From the human T2T-CHM13v2.0 reference genome, Homo sapiens, in NCBI RefSeq assembly GCF_009914755.1, contig NC_060925.1: a DNA stretch of 64,000 bases; one strand, written 5' to 3'. Position 1 is the first letter of the stretch. The number at the start of each line of letters is the position of its first letter. Shown here one piece after another: positions 62,521 to 64,000 of this stretch. A program made the position numbers and the translations under genes. The notes under the pieces were generated by a model. The model made no database searches. It saw only the letters and a program-made list of their open reading frames with translations, and was not told the origin of the DNA.

Positions 62521-62985
62521 ACATATAAAATAAAATACTGCCTGACTTTCATTGTTGTTGTTAAAAGATAACGTAACATTGAGCAGGCCTTCAGTAATGT
62601 TAAGTATTTGAATTAGGCCTTGATTTGTATTCTAGTTCATCCAGTTATTAGCAGTATGAACTTGACAAGTTTGTCTTGCTTAGTGTCACATTTCTTTGTA
62701 GTAGTATTTTAAAGATTAAATGAGATAAGGTAGATAAAAAGACAATTTTATTTATCTAGTACTGTGCCTGGCACTTAGTAAGTACTTATTTAGTGATTGT
62801 TGTTAATGATCATCCTCATCAAGGGAGTTGGATTGTGGGTTTTAGGCTAGCTTGAGGCGGAGGCGGGTATAAGAATAAGAGTTCTGAATTTATCTGACCT
62901 GAGAAGCAGGAAAGGGAAAAAAGCCAATTCCTGATTCTCCCCTCCCTTCTTGTCTCTGGGGTTCTCTGCTCCATCTGACCTGTAG

Positions 62986-63204
<219 letters not shown>

Positions 63205-64000
63205 TAAAATCCAGAGTAATCTCTAATTACAGAAAATGTAGTTTCCTAAATCATAATAATATGATTGTAGAAAGTGGGAAAAATAGAGAAAAACTTATTA
63301 CTAACCCATATCTTTCCATCCAAAACTATCTCTGTTAACATTTTGTTGCATATGACTTACTTCGGTCCTCTTTCTCATCAGCTTTTTTTTTTTAAAACTA
63401 TTTACTTTATTGATGTTTCTTTTTTTTTTTGAGACAGGGTCTGTCTCCCAGGGTGGAGCACAGTGGCACAATTCACAGCACACTGCAGCCTCAACCTCGG
63501 AGGCTTAGGTGGTCCTCCCACCTCAACCTCCCAAGTAGCTGAGACTATAGGTGTGTGCCACCACACCCAGCTAATTTTTGTATTTTTTGTAGATGGGGTT
63601 TTGCCATGTTGGCCAGGCTGTTCTCAAACTCCTGAGCTTAAGCGATCTGCCTACCTTGGCCTCCCAAAGTGCTGGGAATACAGGCATGAGCCATCGCGCC
63701 TAGCCAACTTCCTTATTTCTAAATAACATATTATGCTGCTGTTCTTGACTTTATCGCTTTAGGAATCTATCAATTCATTTTCCCACTTTGGGAAACTAAG
63801 ATTCTTTTTCTCACTGTTTCTATGCACAGCCTTTCTAAGTGTATACTCAAGGTATAAATCTTCATACATATTCTGTACACTTCACCTTCTCAGGACTTTC
63901 TTACCTTTGCATTCCTTCCATGTGGTCTGCTTGTTTTGTACACCGTATATGGTGGACTGCTGTCATCCTCGGACTCCCTTTGCCTCTCTTGTGTTGGATT

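Overview
Human/primate genomic DNA, recognisably the tandem ZYG11B-ZYG11A locus (1p32.3), both genes on the + strand. The window holds the last coding exon and ~5.7-kb 3'UTR of ZYG11B (2975-~8875) and a ~15-kb intergenic spacer of Alus, a decayed MER51-type ERV1 provirus with a tRNA-Leu PBS, a MER41-type LTR piece and an AluYa5. It then holds the ZYG11A CpG-island promoter and coding exons 1-11, which splice into one open frame of 648 codons (VHL/BC-box, LRR region, ARM repeats) through one GC-AG intron; the gene continues past the window. Most of the rest is dense Alu sequence plus L1, L2, MIR, MaLR and Tigger/Charlie remnants, an antisense SVA in intron 8 and a ~230-bp triplication. Most entries in the ORF track are Alu, SVA or GC-rich artefacts. 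I see no wholly new gene system. The best leads are: an SVA with a 16-nt 3' transduction tag; a stop-free exon 2-3 circRNA candidate; intact Gly/N-degron pocket residues in ZYG11A with possible adaptor-only and ARM-only isoforms; the triplication with templated junctions; inverted Alus with alternative polyadenylation in the ZYG11B UTR; and candidate CHR/E2F6/BANP-like promoter motifs. Gene and repeat names come from recalled sequences, not a database search, and repeat boundaries are approximate.
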